Below are positions 1 to 9,577 of a stretch of DNA of 64,000 nucleotides, in pieces. The first letter of the stretch is position 1, and each line of letters begins with the position of its first letter. A model generated the notes under the pieces. It did no database searches. It saw only the letters and a list, made by a program, of their open reading frames with translations, and was not told the DNA's origin. The position numbers and the translations under genes are program-made. Source of the DNA: Alphaproteobacteria bacterium (GTDB lineage: Bacteria; Pseudomonadota; Alphaproteobacteria; JAAXGF01). The stretch spans positions 544,001 to 608,000 of the forward strand of contig CAUVXB020000001.1 of NCBI GenBank assembly GCA_963555825.3, in the 5' to 3' direction.

Positions 1-685
1 CGTCGGCATTGACGTTTTGGGGGAAAAGCACCCTCTGGGCGTCATTGAGGGGGCCACAGAGAACACCGCTACCGTGCAGGCCCTGCTCGATAACCTGATT
101 GAGCGCGGCCTTGATCCGGAGGGCTGTTACCTCTTCATCGTGGACGGTGCCAAAGCGCTCACCAAGGCCATCCGGCGTACCTTCGGCGCAGACATCCCCA
201 TTCAGCGTTGCCAGATCCACAAGGCTCGCAACATTACCGACAGGCTCGACCCGAAGCATCACGCAGCTGTGCGACGTGCTCTGAAGCAGGCATGGGAACT
301 GGATGACGCCGACAAGGCTGAGCGCTTGATGCGCAATCTGGCGCGGAGGCTGGAGATGGAAGCGCCGGATGTGTCGAAATCGATCCTCGAAGGCATCGAT
401 GAAATCCTGACTGTCGTCAGACTTGGCCTTCCGTTGGAATTGCGGCGCTCACTGGCCAGTACCAACATCATTGAATCCATGAACAGCGTTATCCGCCGCG
501 TCTGCCGAAATGTGAAGCGCTGGCGGGATGCAAAAATGGCCTTGCGCTGGACTTCCGCCGGGATGTTCGAAGCGCAGAAAGGCTTTCGCCGCATCAAAGC
601 ATACAAGCAACTGCCCATTCTCAAGCAAGCTCTCATCGATCACCGCGAAAAAGCCAAACTTGACCAGTTGAAGGACGCAGCATAA
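1..685 (+). CDS. IS256-family (Mutator-like) DDE transposase, partial
   Basis: Motifs IVDGAKAL, QRCQIHK (CxxH) and STNIIESMN; homologous to ORF 17297-18592. Confidence 0.9.
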   Translation, partial: VGIDVLGEKHPLGVIEGATENTATVQALLDNLIERGLDPEGCYLFIVDGAKALTKAIRRTFGADIPIQRCQIHKARNITDRLDPKHHAAVRRALKQAWELDDADKAERLMRNLARRLEMEAPDVSKSILEGIDEILTVVRLGLPLELRRSLASTNIIESMNSVIRRVCRNVKRWRDAKMALRWTSAGMFEAQKGFRRIKAYKQLPILKQALIDHREKAKLDQLKDAA

Positions 686-740
686 CCTCCCATCAAGCAG
701 CGCCGCTCAGGCGAGTTTCAACACAGACTGGGACATTCCC
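1..740 (+). mobile_element. IS256-family element, right part (runs off window start)
   Basis: Transposase C-terminus followed by terminal IR tttcaacacagactgggacattccc (716-740), similar to the IRs of the IS256 at 17241-18690. Confidence 0.88.
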
Positions 741-741
741 C

Positions 742-1719
742 GACGAGTACGGGCAAGTCAGCTCATATGCGATAGGCATGAAGATTGTCGAACCCGATTG
801 CAATCTTGGCGAAGTGAGCGAGGCCGACGGTGATCGGCTTAAGATGATGCGTTCCAGCTATGGTTTGCTCGGTATCATCTACGAGGCTACGTTCAGGGTC
901 AGGGCGATGGAGCCTCTCGCGGTAAGGCACAAGACGTACCGATTGGGCGAATTCCAGGACAAATTCAACGACGAAATTCTAAACAACAAAGACGAATCAA
1001 TGATGCTCTACCTGTTCCCATTCTTGAATCGCATAACTGTTGAGTTCCGCCGGTATGATCGTGATGGGGCGGTCGGTAAAATAGATACTTTCTTATGGAC
1101 ATTGAGAAACTGGGTATTGAAATTGTTTGCGCCTGCATTTGGTCATTATGTTACAAAATTCGTTCCAATAAAATTTTTAAGATACCTAATGATTGACTGG
1201 TTCAACCGATTGATCGTGGTTGTCCTGAACGCTTTGGCAAAGCCAAACACGGCCGCTCACAATCAAATAATCCTTTACCCTCCCAAGAGCGGGGTCAGCA
1301 AATATACGTTCAGTATCTGGGCCTTTCCTGAAAAAGACTACCCAGTCTTGCTGGGTAAGTATTTTGAATTCTGTCGAAATTATTATAAGGAAACGGGTTT
1401 TCGGTGCAACATGCTCAACGTCGGCTATAGGATCAAACAGGACACCAACTCTTGGTTTCCCTATTCATCGGAGCATCCGGTTATGACGTTGGACCCGGTC
1501 TCCACGGGACCCCTTGGGTGGGAAACCTTCCTCACCGCCTTCAACGATTTTTGTAGCGAGCACCACGGCGTACCTCTGTTCAACCAGACGAAATGGATTA
1601 CGCGCCATCAGGCCCGGAAGGCCTTTGGCGTACGGCTCGAGCAATTCGAACAGGAGCGGCGCGGGCTAGATCCGAAAGGGCGTCTACTGAACGAATACTT
1701 TCGGGAGAAGCTGAGTTAA
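742..1719 (+). pseudogene. FAD-linked oxidoreductase (PCMH / aldonolactone oxidase-like), 5'-truncated by IS256
   Basis: Frame is open right up to the IS end (DEYGQVSSYAIGMKIV...). RSSYGLLGIIYEATF marks the end of the FAD-binding domain and the C-terminus is DPKGRLLNEY; the N-terminal FAD domain is missing. AT-richer than its flanks. Confidence 0.7.
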
Positions 1720-1802
1720 ACCCGCATCGTTTCAGGGCTTGGTGGGTGGCGACGGTGCCCGTGCGTGTTCGTCCGAGTGGCTTCCGACATGAGATTTGGA
1801 AT

Positions 1803-1904
1803 AAGATGCCGGCGACGATCGACGACCCGGCGATCCTCGACGAGATCGCCGAGGCGCTCACCGGCATCGGCTACGCCGGCGCGCGGAGCGCCGCCGCCGA
1901 TTGA
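1803..1904 (+). pseudogene. C-terminal remnant of a propionate/acetate-CoA ligase (PrpE-like)
   Basis: KMPATIDDPAILDEIAEAL matches the recalled C-terminus of PrpE-type ligases; the rest of the gene is absent. Confidence 0.65.
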
Positions 1905-3512
1905 TCAGACGCTAAGCGCCATGCCGTCGTGGCCGGGGTCGGCGCCGCCCGATACCTTGCCGTCGTCGATCCGGATGCCGTGCACGGCGGCGAAGGCGTA
2001 GCCGAGGTAGCTGCGGATGACCTCGTAGCCCTGAGCCTCCAACTCGGCCGTCACGTATTTCGGTATCCGGTTCGAGACGTCGATCGCGTCGCTGGTTGCC
2101 GAAAAGCGCGGCGCCGAGACCGCGTCGGACATCGACATGTCGAAATCGAGTACGTTGAGGATCGCCTGCAGCACACCCATGGCGATCTGGGTGCCGCCTG
2201 GCGCGCCGATAACGATGTGCGGCGTTCCGTCCTTGAAGATGATGGTCGGGCAGATCGACGAGAAGCGGCTGCGCCCCGGCGTGATCGAGCCGGCGCGTCC
2301 CGGGCGCGGATCGAAGACCGCCATGCAGCCGTTGTACATGAAGCCGAGCCCGTCGGTGACGACGCCCGAGGGCATGCCCAGCGAGTGCGTCATCGAGACC
2401 GCGTTGCCGTCGGCGTCGATCACCGAGACATGCGTCGTGTTGGCCGATTCGGGGGTTGCCTCGAAGCGCGCGACATGCGCCTTCTCGCCGCGTTGAATGG
2501 CCTGCGCCAGCTCGGCCGCGTAGTCCCTGCTGGTGAGCTCGTCGATCGGCACCTTGACGAAGGCGGGGTCGCCGACGCGGGTGTCCTTGTCGACCGTCGC
2601 GCGTTTCATCGCCTCGCTCACCACGCGGATGTATTCGGGCGCGTTGTGGCCCAGGCCGGCGAGGTCGAAATTCTCGAGAATGTTGAGCATCTCGATCAGC
2701 ATGATGCCGCCGCCCGGCGGTTGGTTGGTGGCGATACGGCAGCCACGGTATTCGCCGGTCAACGGCTCGACCCGGACGGTCTTGTAGTCGCGCAAATCGT
2801 CGAGCGACAGCAGGCCGCCGTTGGCCGCCATGTCGGCGGCGATTCGTTCGCCGATCTCGCCCGCATAGAAGACGTCGGCGCCGTGCTCGGCGATCAGACG
2901 CAACGAACCTGCCATGTCGGGATTGGTGATGTGCGTGCCGGGGCGCAGCGGCTCGCCGTCGGCGTCGCAATAGAGGCGGCGGCCGGCCGGCGTACACCGC
3001 GCGCGGTCGGCGTTCGCCGCGCGGCCCATGTCGTTCTGATCGGTCCAGAAGCGGTAGACGTGGGGGCGCACGACGAATCCCGCCTCGGCCTGCGCGATGG
3101 CCGGCTGCACGACGTCTTTCCAGTCCATCGTGCCGAACTCGGCGATGGCTTCTTCGTAAGCGCGCAGCGAGCCGGGAACGGTGATCGCCTGATAGCCGAT
3201 GTCGTTGACCTTGCCGCGCAGGATGAAGCCGAAGCCGTCACGCGCCTCGCCCTCGATCAACTCGGCCCACATGTCGGGCGTCGCGGCGCCGGGCACGCGG
3301 CCGTGGAAGTCGATGCAGGTGTGGATGTTCTTGGCCGGCAGGTGAACCTGCAGGCTGCCGAACCCGGCGATGCCGGCCATGAACGGGTCGACCACGCCTT
3401 GCACCAGGCCGCAGGTGATCGCCGCGTCGACGGCGTTGCCGCCGCCCTGCAGGACGACGGCGCCCGCCTCGACCGCCTCGGGTTGGGGCGCCACGATCAT
3501 GCCTTGCGCCAT
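1905..3512 (-). CDS. ggt: Gamma-glutamyltransferase-family Ntn hydrolase (no signal peptide)
   Basis: GGNAVDAA, nucleophile site NTTHVSVID, SS(I)CPT, GAPGG and GGADP motifs; RBS GAGGAG before ATG 3512. Confidence 0.9.
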   Translation of the reverse strand: MAQGMIVAPQPEAVEAGAVVLQGGGNAVDAAITCGLVQGVVDPFMAGIAGFGSLQVHLPAKNIHTCIDFHGRVPGAATPDMWAELIEGEARDGFGFILRGKVNDIGYQAITVPGSLRAYEEAIAEFGTMDWKDVVQPAIAQAEAGFVVRPHVYRFWTDQNDMGRAANADRARCTPAGRRLYCDADGEPLRPGTHITNPDMAGSLRLIAEHGADVFYAGEIGERIAADMAANGGLLSLDDLRDYKTVRVEPLTGEYRGCRIATNQPPGGGIMLIEMLNILENFDLAGLGHNAPEYIRVVSEAMKRATVDKDTRVGDPAFVKVPIDELTSRDYAAELAQAIQRGEKAHVARFEATPESANTTHVSVIDADGNAVSMTHSLGMPSGVVTDGLGFMYNGCMAVFDPRPGRAGSITPGRSRFSSICPTIIFKDGTPHIVIGAPGGTQIAMGVLQAILNVLDFDMSMSDAVSAPRFSATSDAIDVSNRIPKYVTAELEAQGYEVIRSYLGYAFAAVHGIRIDDGKVSGGADPGHDGMALSV

Positions 3513-3623
3513 GTTGCCTCCTCGGCTTCGTGTGTTGTCTTGTCGATAGTATGGTTGCGTCGTCGGCCGGCGTCCAGCGGCGGGCAAGGTTACCCGCCCG
3601 ACATGGTCGTCGAGGCGTGGAGC

Positions 3624-4253
3624 TCAGGCGGGTTCCGCGACCGCGAGCCGTTCGCCGAGGATCAGCACGAGGTCGCTGCGGACCAGATGCGCCATCTCTT
3701 GGTCGGTCATGGCATCGTTGGCGATGAACTCGATGAAGCGGGCGTTCTGGAGTTTGAATAAGGTTTCACCAACCGCCGCGCAGTCACGCACCCCGCGCAA
3801 CACCCCGCGGCGCTTGAGGGTTTCGAGCAGGCGGCCGAGAAGGCGGGCCATCTCGCGGTCCAGTTCGGCGAAGGCGTGACCGAAATGCGAGCTGCCCTCG
3901 ATCACACTGGTCGCGATGACGTAGCGCCAAATCGGCCTGTCGAGGTAGCTGAGCACATGATCGCGGATCGTCTCGGCGAAGCGCGTGATGGCTTCGATCG
4001 GGTCGTCGGGCGCTTCGCCCAGCATCTGATTGATCTTGGTGATCAAGATGTCGTCGCTCTGCGCGACCAGCGCCAGAAGCAGACCCCGCTTGGTGCCATA
4101 GTAGTTGTAGATGGTCACCGCCGACACCTCGGCCGTCACGGCGATCGCCTCGATGGTCGCGGCCTCGTAACCGCTCGCCAGGAAGTGATGGCGCGCGGCA
4201 TCCAAAATGCGCCTGCGCCGCCCCGCCTTTTGATGCTCCCGCAATCCCACCAT
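3624..4253 (-). CDS. TetR/AcrR family transcriptional regulator
   Basis: N-terminal HTH ILDAARHHF..GYEAATIEAIA..AEVSAVTIYNYYGTK. Confidence 0.92.
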   Translation of the reverse strand: MVGLREHQKAGRRRRILDAARHHFLASGYEAATIEAIAVTAEVSAVTIYNYYGTKRGLLLALVAQSDDILITKINQMLGEAPDDPIEAITRFAETIRDHVLSYLDRPIWRYVIATSVIEGSSHFGHAFAELDREMARLLGRLLETLKRRGVLRGVRDCAAVGETLFKLQNARFIEFIANDAMTDQEMAHLVRSDLVLILGERLAVAEPA

Positions 4254-4288
4254 GACACCATCGTCGCGTTGGATGAATTCGCAGTATG

Positions 4289-4340
4289 CACAAAATTTGT
4301 GTGGACCCAAAATTTTTAGTCAGCTAAATTTCTAAAAATT
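4289..4340. promoter_or_regulatory. Candidate TetR operators in the divergent promoter
   Basis: Palindrome CACAAA-A-TTTGTG (4289-4301) and inverted repeat AATTTTTAG-N12-CTAAAAATT (4311-4340). Confidence 0.45.
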
Positions 4341-4343
4341 GAA

Positions 4344-5063
4344 GGGGCTGTCCTAGCTAAGCGGCATGCTTAGGCTAGGATGGCGGGATGTACGAGAGGA
4401 AAAGCCGGCTCAGTGATTGGAAGCGCGGTCGTCTGATTGAGCACTTCGTTGCGGGTACGACGGCTCGGGCAGCAGCCGAACTGGTTGGCGTCCACCGGAA
4501 CACGGCGGCCTCGTTTTATACTCGGCTTCGCAAGGTGATTGCCGAGGAAATGGAGAAGGCCTCGCCTTTTGCCGGAGAGATCGAGGTTGATGAGAGTTAT
4601 TTTGGCGGCCGCCGCAAAGGCAAGCGGGGTCGAGGCGCTGGCGGAAAAGTCCCGGTTTTCGGGCTTTTGAAGCGAGGTGGGAAGGTCTACACGGCGATGA
4701 TTCCCAATGCCCGGACTGCCACGTTGATGCCGATTATGGAGCGTATGATCCGGCCTGACAGCATCGTCTATACGGACGGCTTTTCGAGCTATGATGCCCT
4801 GGACGTTTCGGACTTCCACCATGTTCGGATCAATCACTCGGAGCGGTTCGTCGACGAGCGGAGCCATATCAACGGGATCGAGAACTTCTGGAACCAGGCG
4901 AAGCGGCATTTACGGCGCTTCAATGGCGTCCCGAAACAGAGCTTTCACCTGTTCCTCAAGGAGTGCGAATGGCGGTTCAACGGAGGTGACCACCGAGAAC
5001 TGCTTAACCAATTGAAGACATGGATTATTTTGAGACAGAAACGCCCTTAGCTAGGACAGCCCG
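4344..5063 (+). mobile_element. IS1595 family, IS1016-group element, 720 bp
   Basis: 17-bp IRs GGGCTGTCCTAGCTAAG (4345-4361 / 5046-5062); 8-bp TSD AAATTGAA (4336-4343 / 5064-5071). Confidence 0.93.
4388..5050 (+). CDS. IS1595-family transposase
   Basis: EVDESYFGG, GKRGRGA, YTDG..SY, HINGIENFW and LKECEWRFN motifs. Confidence 0.93.
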   Translation: MYERKSRLSDWKRGRLIEHFVAGTTARAAAELVGVHRNTAASFYTRLRKVIAEEMEKASPFAGEIEVDESYFGGRRKGKRGRGAGGKVPVFGLLKRGGKVYTAMIPNARTATLMPIMERMIRPDSIVYTDGFSSYDALDVSDFHHVRINHSERFVDERSHINGIENFWNQAKRHLRRFNGVPKQSFHLFLKECEWRFNGGDHRELLNQLKTWIILRQKRP

Positions 5064-5218
5064 AAATTGAATTGGACGCAGGAATGTATGATCATCCAGT
5101 CGCGACCAATGACGAATCGGTCGGGAGCAATCCGGCTCGCGCCGATAATTATGTACGGCGGGGTTCGCTGCCAACATCGTCGCATAAAGCGAAAAGGGAG
5201 GAAATTGGTATAAAGCTA

Positions 5219-6229
5219 TTGAAAAAGCTTTCTTTTTGTGCGGTTTCGGCATTGGCCTTTGCCCTTATCGCGGCAACGCCGATTTTGCCGGCGAAGGCCG
5301 CTGAACTCATCAAATGCGCCTATCCCTACTGGTTCGGTTTCGCGCCGACCATGGTGGCGGAAAAGCTCGGCTACTTCGCCGAAGAGGGTGTCGAGGTCAC
5401 TTGGGTGTTCGACAACGACCGGGCCAATGTCTATCCGGCGCTCGACACCAACGAGATCAACTGCACCATGCGCACCATCGGCGAGCACATGTCGCGCCCG
5501 CTTACACCCGATTCAAACCTCGTGGTGATCGGCGTGATCGACGTTTCGGTCGGCGCCGACGGCGTGGTCGGCGCTGCCGGCATCGACAAGGCCACCGACC
5601 TCATCGGCAAGATATTCGCCGGCGAGATCAACCATCCGGGCACGGTGATGGTGGCCCATGCCCTGAAGCAGGCCGGTCACAGCCTCGAGGAGGTCGACAT
5701 GCGGCTGATCGCCACCGACGACGCCGCGGCGGTGTTCGAGGACTCCGAAGTCGCCGCCGTGGCGACCTGGGAGCCGATGCTGAGCGAGATCGTCGCCAAC
5801 ACCTCGCGCGAAGGCGCGCGCATCCTGCTGTCGTCGGCCGACTTCAACGGCCTGATCACCGACGTGGTTATCGTCAACAAGCAGGATTATGCCGCCAACC
5901 GCGCCAAGTATGAGACCCTGATGCGCGGCATCTACCGGGCAGTCGATCTGTACAAGAACGACCCGGACAAGTTCCTGGCGGTGGCGGCGCCGACCTACGA
6001 CGTCACCCCCGACGTCATGGCCGGCGATCTGGGCGGCGTCTACTACACCACTTACGAGGACGCCCTCGAGTTCTTCGGCATCGGTGGCCAGTCGCCCAAG
6101 CTGGCCGGCGTCATCGAAAGTCTCAACGATATCAACGTCGATCTCGACCTGATGGACGCGCCCATCAATTTCGACGTGATGGTCGATGCCACCCTGACCG
6201 ACGGCCTATTCGACGGCCACAAGCGTTAG
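5219..6229 (+). CDS. NitT/TauT-family ABC transporter substrate-binding protein (start uncertain)
   Basis: Signal peptide LKKLSF...PAKA|AE; VAEKLGYFAEEGVEV and ATWEP motifs; first gene of the ABC operon. Confidence 0.85.
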   Translation: MKKLSFCAVSALAFALIAATPILPAKAAELIKCAYPYWFGFAPTMVAEKLGYFAEEGVEVTWVFDNDRANVYPALDTNEINCTMRTIGEHMSRPLTPDSNLVVIGVIDVSVGADGVVGAAGIDKATDLIGKIFAGEINHPGTVMVAHALKQAGHSLEEVDMRLIATDDAAAVFEDSEVAAVATWEPMLSEIVANTSREGARILLSSADFNGLITDVVIVNKQDYAANRAKYETLMRGIYRAVDLYKNDPDKFLAVAAPTYDVTPDVMAGDLGGVYYTTYEDALEFFGIGGQSPKLAGVIESLNDINVDLDLMDAPINFDVMVDATLTDGLFDGHKR

Positions 6230-6243
6230 TCCTGTTCCTGGAC

Positions 6244-6274
6244 GGGCCCGGGCGGTACTCTGCCACCCGGGCCC
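6244..6274 (+). other. Intercistronic GC hairpin after the substrate-binding protein gene
   Basis: GGGCCCGGG...CCCGGGCCC stem with no U-tract; typical mRNA-stabilising position. Confidence 0.5.
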
Positions 6275-6305
6275 CTGGGGGGCGCGCAGCAGCGACGGGT
6301 AAGAC

Positions 6306-7091
6306 GTGAAATTCCGCGACCTCTTCATCTACCGGGGGACCAGCACCAGTCGCTCCGACGCGATGCTGGCGGTCTGTGCCTTCGTCGGCTTCATCGGTTT
6401 CTGGTACGCCATCTCCCAGGTCGAAATCGTGCCCCAGCGCTTCCTGCCGCTGCCCTGGAAGGTGGTGACGGCGCTCTATGTCATGCTGGCCGAGCAGAAC
6501 TTTATCGAGGACATCTGGATCAGCGTGGCGCGGGTCTGGAGTGCCTTTCTGATGTCGGCGGTGATGGCCATCCCCATCGGCATCTGGATGTCGAGCTACC
6601 GCATCGTCGGCACCCTGACCGAACCGATCGTCGATTTCATCCGCTACCTGCCGGTGCCGGCGCTGGTGCCGCTGCTGATCATCTGGTTCGGCATCGGCGA
6701 GACCTCGAAGATCGCGGTGCTCTGGATGGGCACCTTCTTCCAGCTCGTGCTGCTGATCGCCGACGATGCCAAGCGGGTGCCGCGCGAGTTCGTCGAGACC
6801 GGCTTTACCTTGGGCGCAAGGTCCGGGCAGATCACCTGGCATATCGTCTTCCGCTCGATGCTGCCCAGCGTGGTCGACAATTTGCGTATCACCTTGGGAT
6901 GGTGCTGGACCTATATCATCATCGCCGAGATCGTCGCCGCCAACGCCGGCATCGGCCATGCCATCTGGTCGGCGCGGCGCTTCGTAAAGACTCCCGAGGT
7001 GATGGCTGGCATCCTCACCGTCGGCGTCATCGGCCTGTTGACCGACCAGGCAATCCGCTTCGCCCATCGCCGCTACTTCCGCTATCTCTGA
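6306..7091 (+). CDS. NitT/TauT-family ABC permease
   Basis: RYLPVPALVPLLIIWFGIGE, EAA-like ETGFTLGA, AEIVAANAGIG. Confidence 0.92.
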   Translation: MKFRDLFIYRGTSTSRSDAMLAVCAFVGFIGFWYAISQVEIVPQRFLPLPWKVVTALYVMLAEQNFIEDIWISVARVWSAFLMSAVMAIPIGIWMSSYRIVGTLTEPIVDFIRYLPVPALVPLLIIWFGIGETSKIAVLWMGTFFQLVLLIADDAKRVPREFVETGFTLGARSGQITWHIVFRSMLPSVVDNLRITLGWCWTYIIIAEIVAANAGIGHAIWSARRFVKTPEVMAGILTVGVIGLLTDQAIRFAHRRYFRYL

Positions 7092-7101
7092 GGGGCGCGG
7101 C

Positions 7102-7944
7102 GTGGCCGGGGACATGCCCTTCCTGCGCGTCGACGACGTCTCCAAGACGTTCGAGGGCGATGCTCGCCACAACGACATCCACGTCATCGACAACGTCTCC
7201 ATGGACGTGGAGGCGGGCGAGTTCGTGGTCTATCTCGGGCCGTCGGGCTGCGGCAAGACGACGCTAATGCGCATCGTCGGCGGCCTCGAGACGGCGACCG
7301 ACGGGACCATCTACCTCGCCGGCAATAAGGTTGTCGGCCCCGACCGCAAGAAGGGCATGGTGTTCCAGGCCTACACCTCGTTTCCCTGGCTGACCGTGCA
7401 CGAAAACATCCGCTTCGGAACCCGCTACCGCGACGACATCGGAGACGCCGAGAAGGAAGCGATTACGCGCCACTATCTCGACCTGGTCGGCCTCGCCGAT
7501 TTCGCCAATTACTACGTCAACCGCATCTCGGGCGGCATGCGCCAGCGGGTCGCCATCGCCCGCACCCTGGCCGCCGCGCCGGACATCCTGCTGATGGACG
7601 AGCCGTTCGGTGCGCTCGACGCCCAGACCCGCGAGTTCCTTCAGGACCAGCTTCTCGAGATCAACCGCGAGGAGCGCAAGACCACCGTATTCGTCACCCA
7701 CGACGTCGACGAGGCGGTCTATCTCGCCGATCGCATCTTCATGTTCTCGGCGCGCCCGGCGACCATCATCGAGGAGATCAGGGTGGCCGAACACATCACC
7801 GGCGAACGCACCATGGAAACCAAGGAATCCGAGGCCTTCTTCCATCTGCGGAACCACGTTCGCGACCTCATGCGCGACCAGGCGCGGCGCACCGAGGCGA
7901 TGGCACAGCAGGAGATCATGACCGCCGACGCGGCGGCGACATGA
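7102..7944 (+). CDS. NitT/TauT-family ABC ATP-binding protein
   Basis: Walker A GPSGCGKT, signature ISGGMRQR, LLMDEPFGALD, VTHD. Confidence 0.95.
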   Translation: MAGDMPFLRVDDVSKTFEGDARHNDIHVIDNVSMDVEAGEFVVYLGPSGCGKTTLMRIVGGLETATDGTIYLAGNKVVGPDRKKGMVFQAYTSFPWLTVHENIRFGTRYRDDIGDAEKEAITRHYLDLVGLADFANYYVNRISGGMRQRVAIARTLAAAPDILLMDEPFGALDAQTREFLQDQLLEINREERKTTVFVTHDVDEAVYLADRIFMFSARPATIIEEIRVAEHITGERTMETKESEAFFHLRNHVRDLMRDQARRTEAMAQQEIMTADAAAT

Positions 7945-8735
7945 CGGCGCTCGACTTCACCGGCAAGCCCAGCTTCACCGGCAAGAAGGTGCTGGTGACC
8001 GGCGCGAGCCGCGGCATCGGCTATGGCGTCGCGCGCGGCTTCGCCACGGCCGGCGCCGATCTCACGATCATCGCGAGCGGTGAGGCGATCCACGAGGCCG
8101 CTGGGACCCTGGCCGCCGAGACCGGCGCCTCGGTAACGGGGCTGGTTTGCGACATCACCGACCGCGCCGCCGTCGCCAAACAAATCGGTGGCCTCGGCCG
8201 GCTCGACGTCCTGGTCAACAACGCGGGCTACGAGCGGCTGACGCCGATTCTCGAACCGGGTGACGAGGTCGAGGCGACCTTCCGGCGCATTATCGAGATC
8301 AACGTCATCGGCACCTATTACGTGACGCGCGAAGTGGTGGCGACCATGGAGGCCGGCGGACGCATCGTGATCACGGCCTCGGTGTGGGGCAAGACGGGCG
8401 CCGCCGAGTTCACCGGCTATTGCGCGTCGAAGCACGCCAATATCGGCTTCATGCGCGCGCTCGCCGACGAGCTTGGGCCGCGCGGCATCGCGGTCAACGC
8501 GGTCTGCCCCGGCTGGGTGCGCACCGAGGCGGCGATGCGCTCGCTGGCCCGGATCGCCCAGGCCGAAGGGCGCGGCGAGGACGACTGCCTCGCCGACATC
8601 CTGTCGGCCCAGGCCTTCGAAGGCCTCATGGAACCGGACGACGTCGCCTCGACGTACCTCTTTCTCGCCTCCGACGCCGCCGCCAACGTCACTGGTCAGG
8701 CGCTCAACGTCGACCGGGGCGAGCTATTCGCTTAA
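7941..8735 (+). CDS. Short-chain dehydrogenase/reductase (SDR)
   Basis: TGASRGIG, NNAG, YCASK and NAVCPG motifs; ATGA overlap with the ATPase gene. Confidence 0.93.
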   Translation: MTALDFTGKPSFTGKKVLVTGASRGIGYGVARGFATAGADLTIIASGEAIHEAAGTLAAETGASVTGLVCDITDRAAVAKQIGGLGRLDVLVNNAGYERLTPILEPGDEVEATFRRIIEINVIGTYYVTREVVATMEAGGRIVITASVWGKTGAAEFTGYCASKHANIGFMRALADELGPRGIAVNAVCPGWVRTEAAMRSLARIAQAEGRGEDDCLADILSAQAFEGLMEPDDVASTYLFLASDAAANVTGQALNVDRGELFA

Positions 8736-8747
8736 GGTACGGGGGTC

Positions 8748-9521
8748 ATGCCACACTGGCTGCGCTTCGAACATCAGGGACACATCGGCTTCGGCACGCT
8801 CGCCGACGCGGCGATCGCGATTCACGACGGCGACATGTTCGACGATCCGACACCGACGGGTACGACACTGGCGCTGGGCGACGTCAAGCTGCTGACGCCG
8901 ACCGTGCCGGGCAAGATGATCGCGCTGTGGAACAACTTCCACGCGCTGGCCGCGAAGCTCGATCTGACGCCGCCCGATGAGCCGCTCTATTTCCTCAAGG
9001 CAGGCACGTCGTTCCTGGCCACCGGCGAGACCATCCGGCGCCCCAAGGCTTACGACGGCCGGGTCATCTACGAGGGCGAACTCGGCATCGTCATCGGCAA
9101 GCGCTGCGCCGGCGTGTCGTTGGACGAGGCGGCCGACTGCGTCTTCGGCTACACCTGCATCAACGACGTCACCGCGGTCGACCTGTTGAACAAGGACCCG
9201 ACGTTCCAACAATGGGCGCGCGCCAAGAGCTTCGACGGCTTCGGCGTGTTCGGGCCGGTCGTCGCGACCGATATCGACCCCGCCGCCTGCACCGTGAAGG
9301 TGGTGCTCAACGGCGATCTGCGCCAGGACTACCGCTTAAGCGACATGATCCATCCGCCGCTCGCCCTGGTCAGCCTGCTGTCGCACGACATGACGCTGAT
9401 GCCCGGCGACGTCATCGCCTGCGGCACCTCGGTCGGCGTCGGCTCGATGAAACAGGCGCGCAACACGGTCGAGGTCACGATCGAGGGCATCGGCACGCTG
9501 AGCAACGTCTTCGCGCAATAG
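8748..9521 (+). CDS. Fumarylacetoacetate hydrolase (FAH) family protein
   Basis: YEGELGIVIG, GYTCINDVTA, AKSFDGF, TLMPGDVIACGT. Confidence 0.92.
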   Translation: MPHWLRFEHQGHIGFGTLADAAIAIHDGDMFDDPTPTGTTLALGDVKLLTPTVPGKMIALWNNFHALAAKLDLTPPDEPLYFLKAGTSFLATGETIRRPKAYDGRVIYEGELGIVIGKRCAGVSLDEAADCVFGYTCINDVTAVDLLNKDPTFQQWARAKSFDGFGVFGPVVATDIDPAACTVKVVLNGDLRQDYRLSDMIHPPLALVSLLSHDMTLMPGDVIACGTSVGVGSMKQARNTVEVTIEGIGTLSNVFAQ

Positions 9522-9577
9522 ACGGCGCGACGGCGGCGGGGAGTCCACCGCGGCATCGTGCTCTATATTATGGTATA

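Noticed and set aside
5100-5165. Guanidine-II riboswitch
   Set aside because: ACGA and ACGG occur, but not as tetraloops capping twin hairpins.
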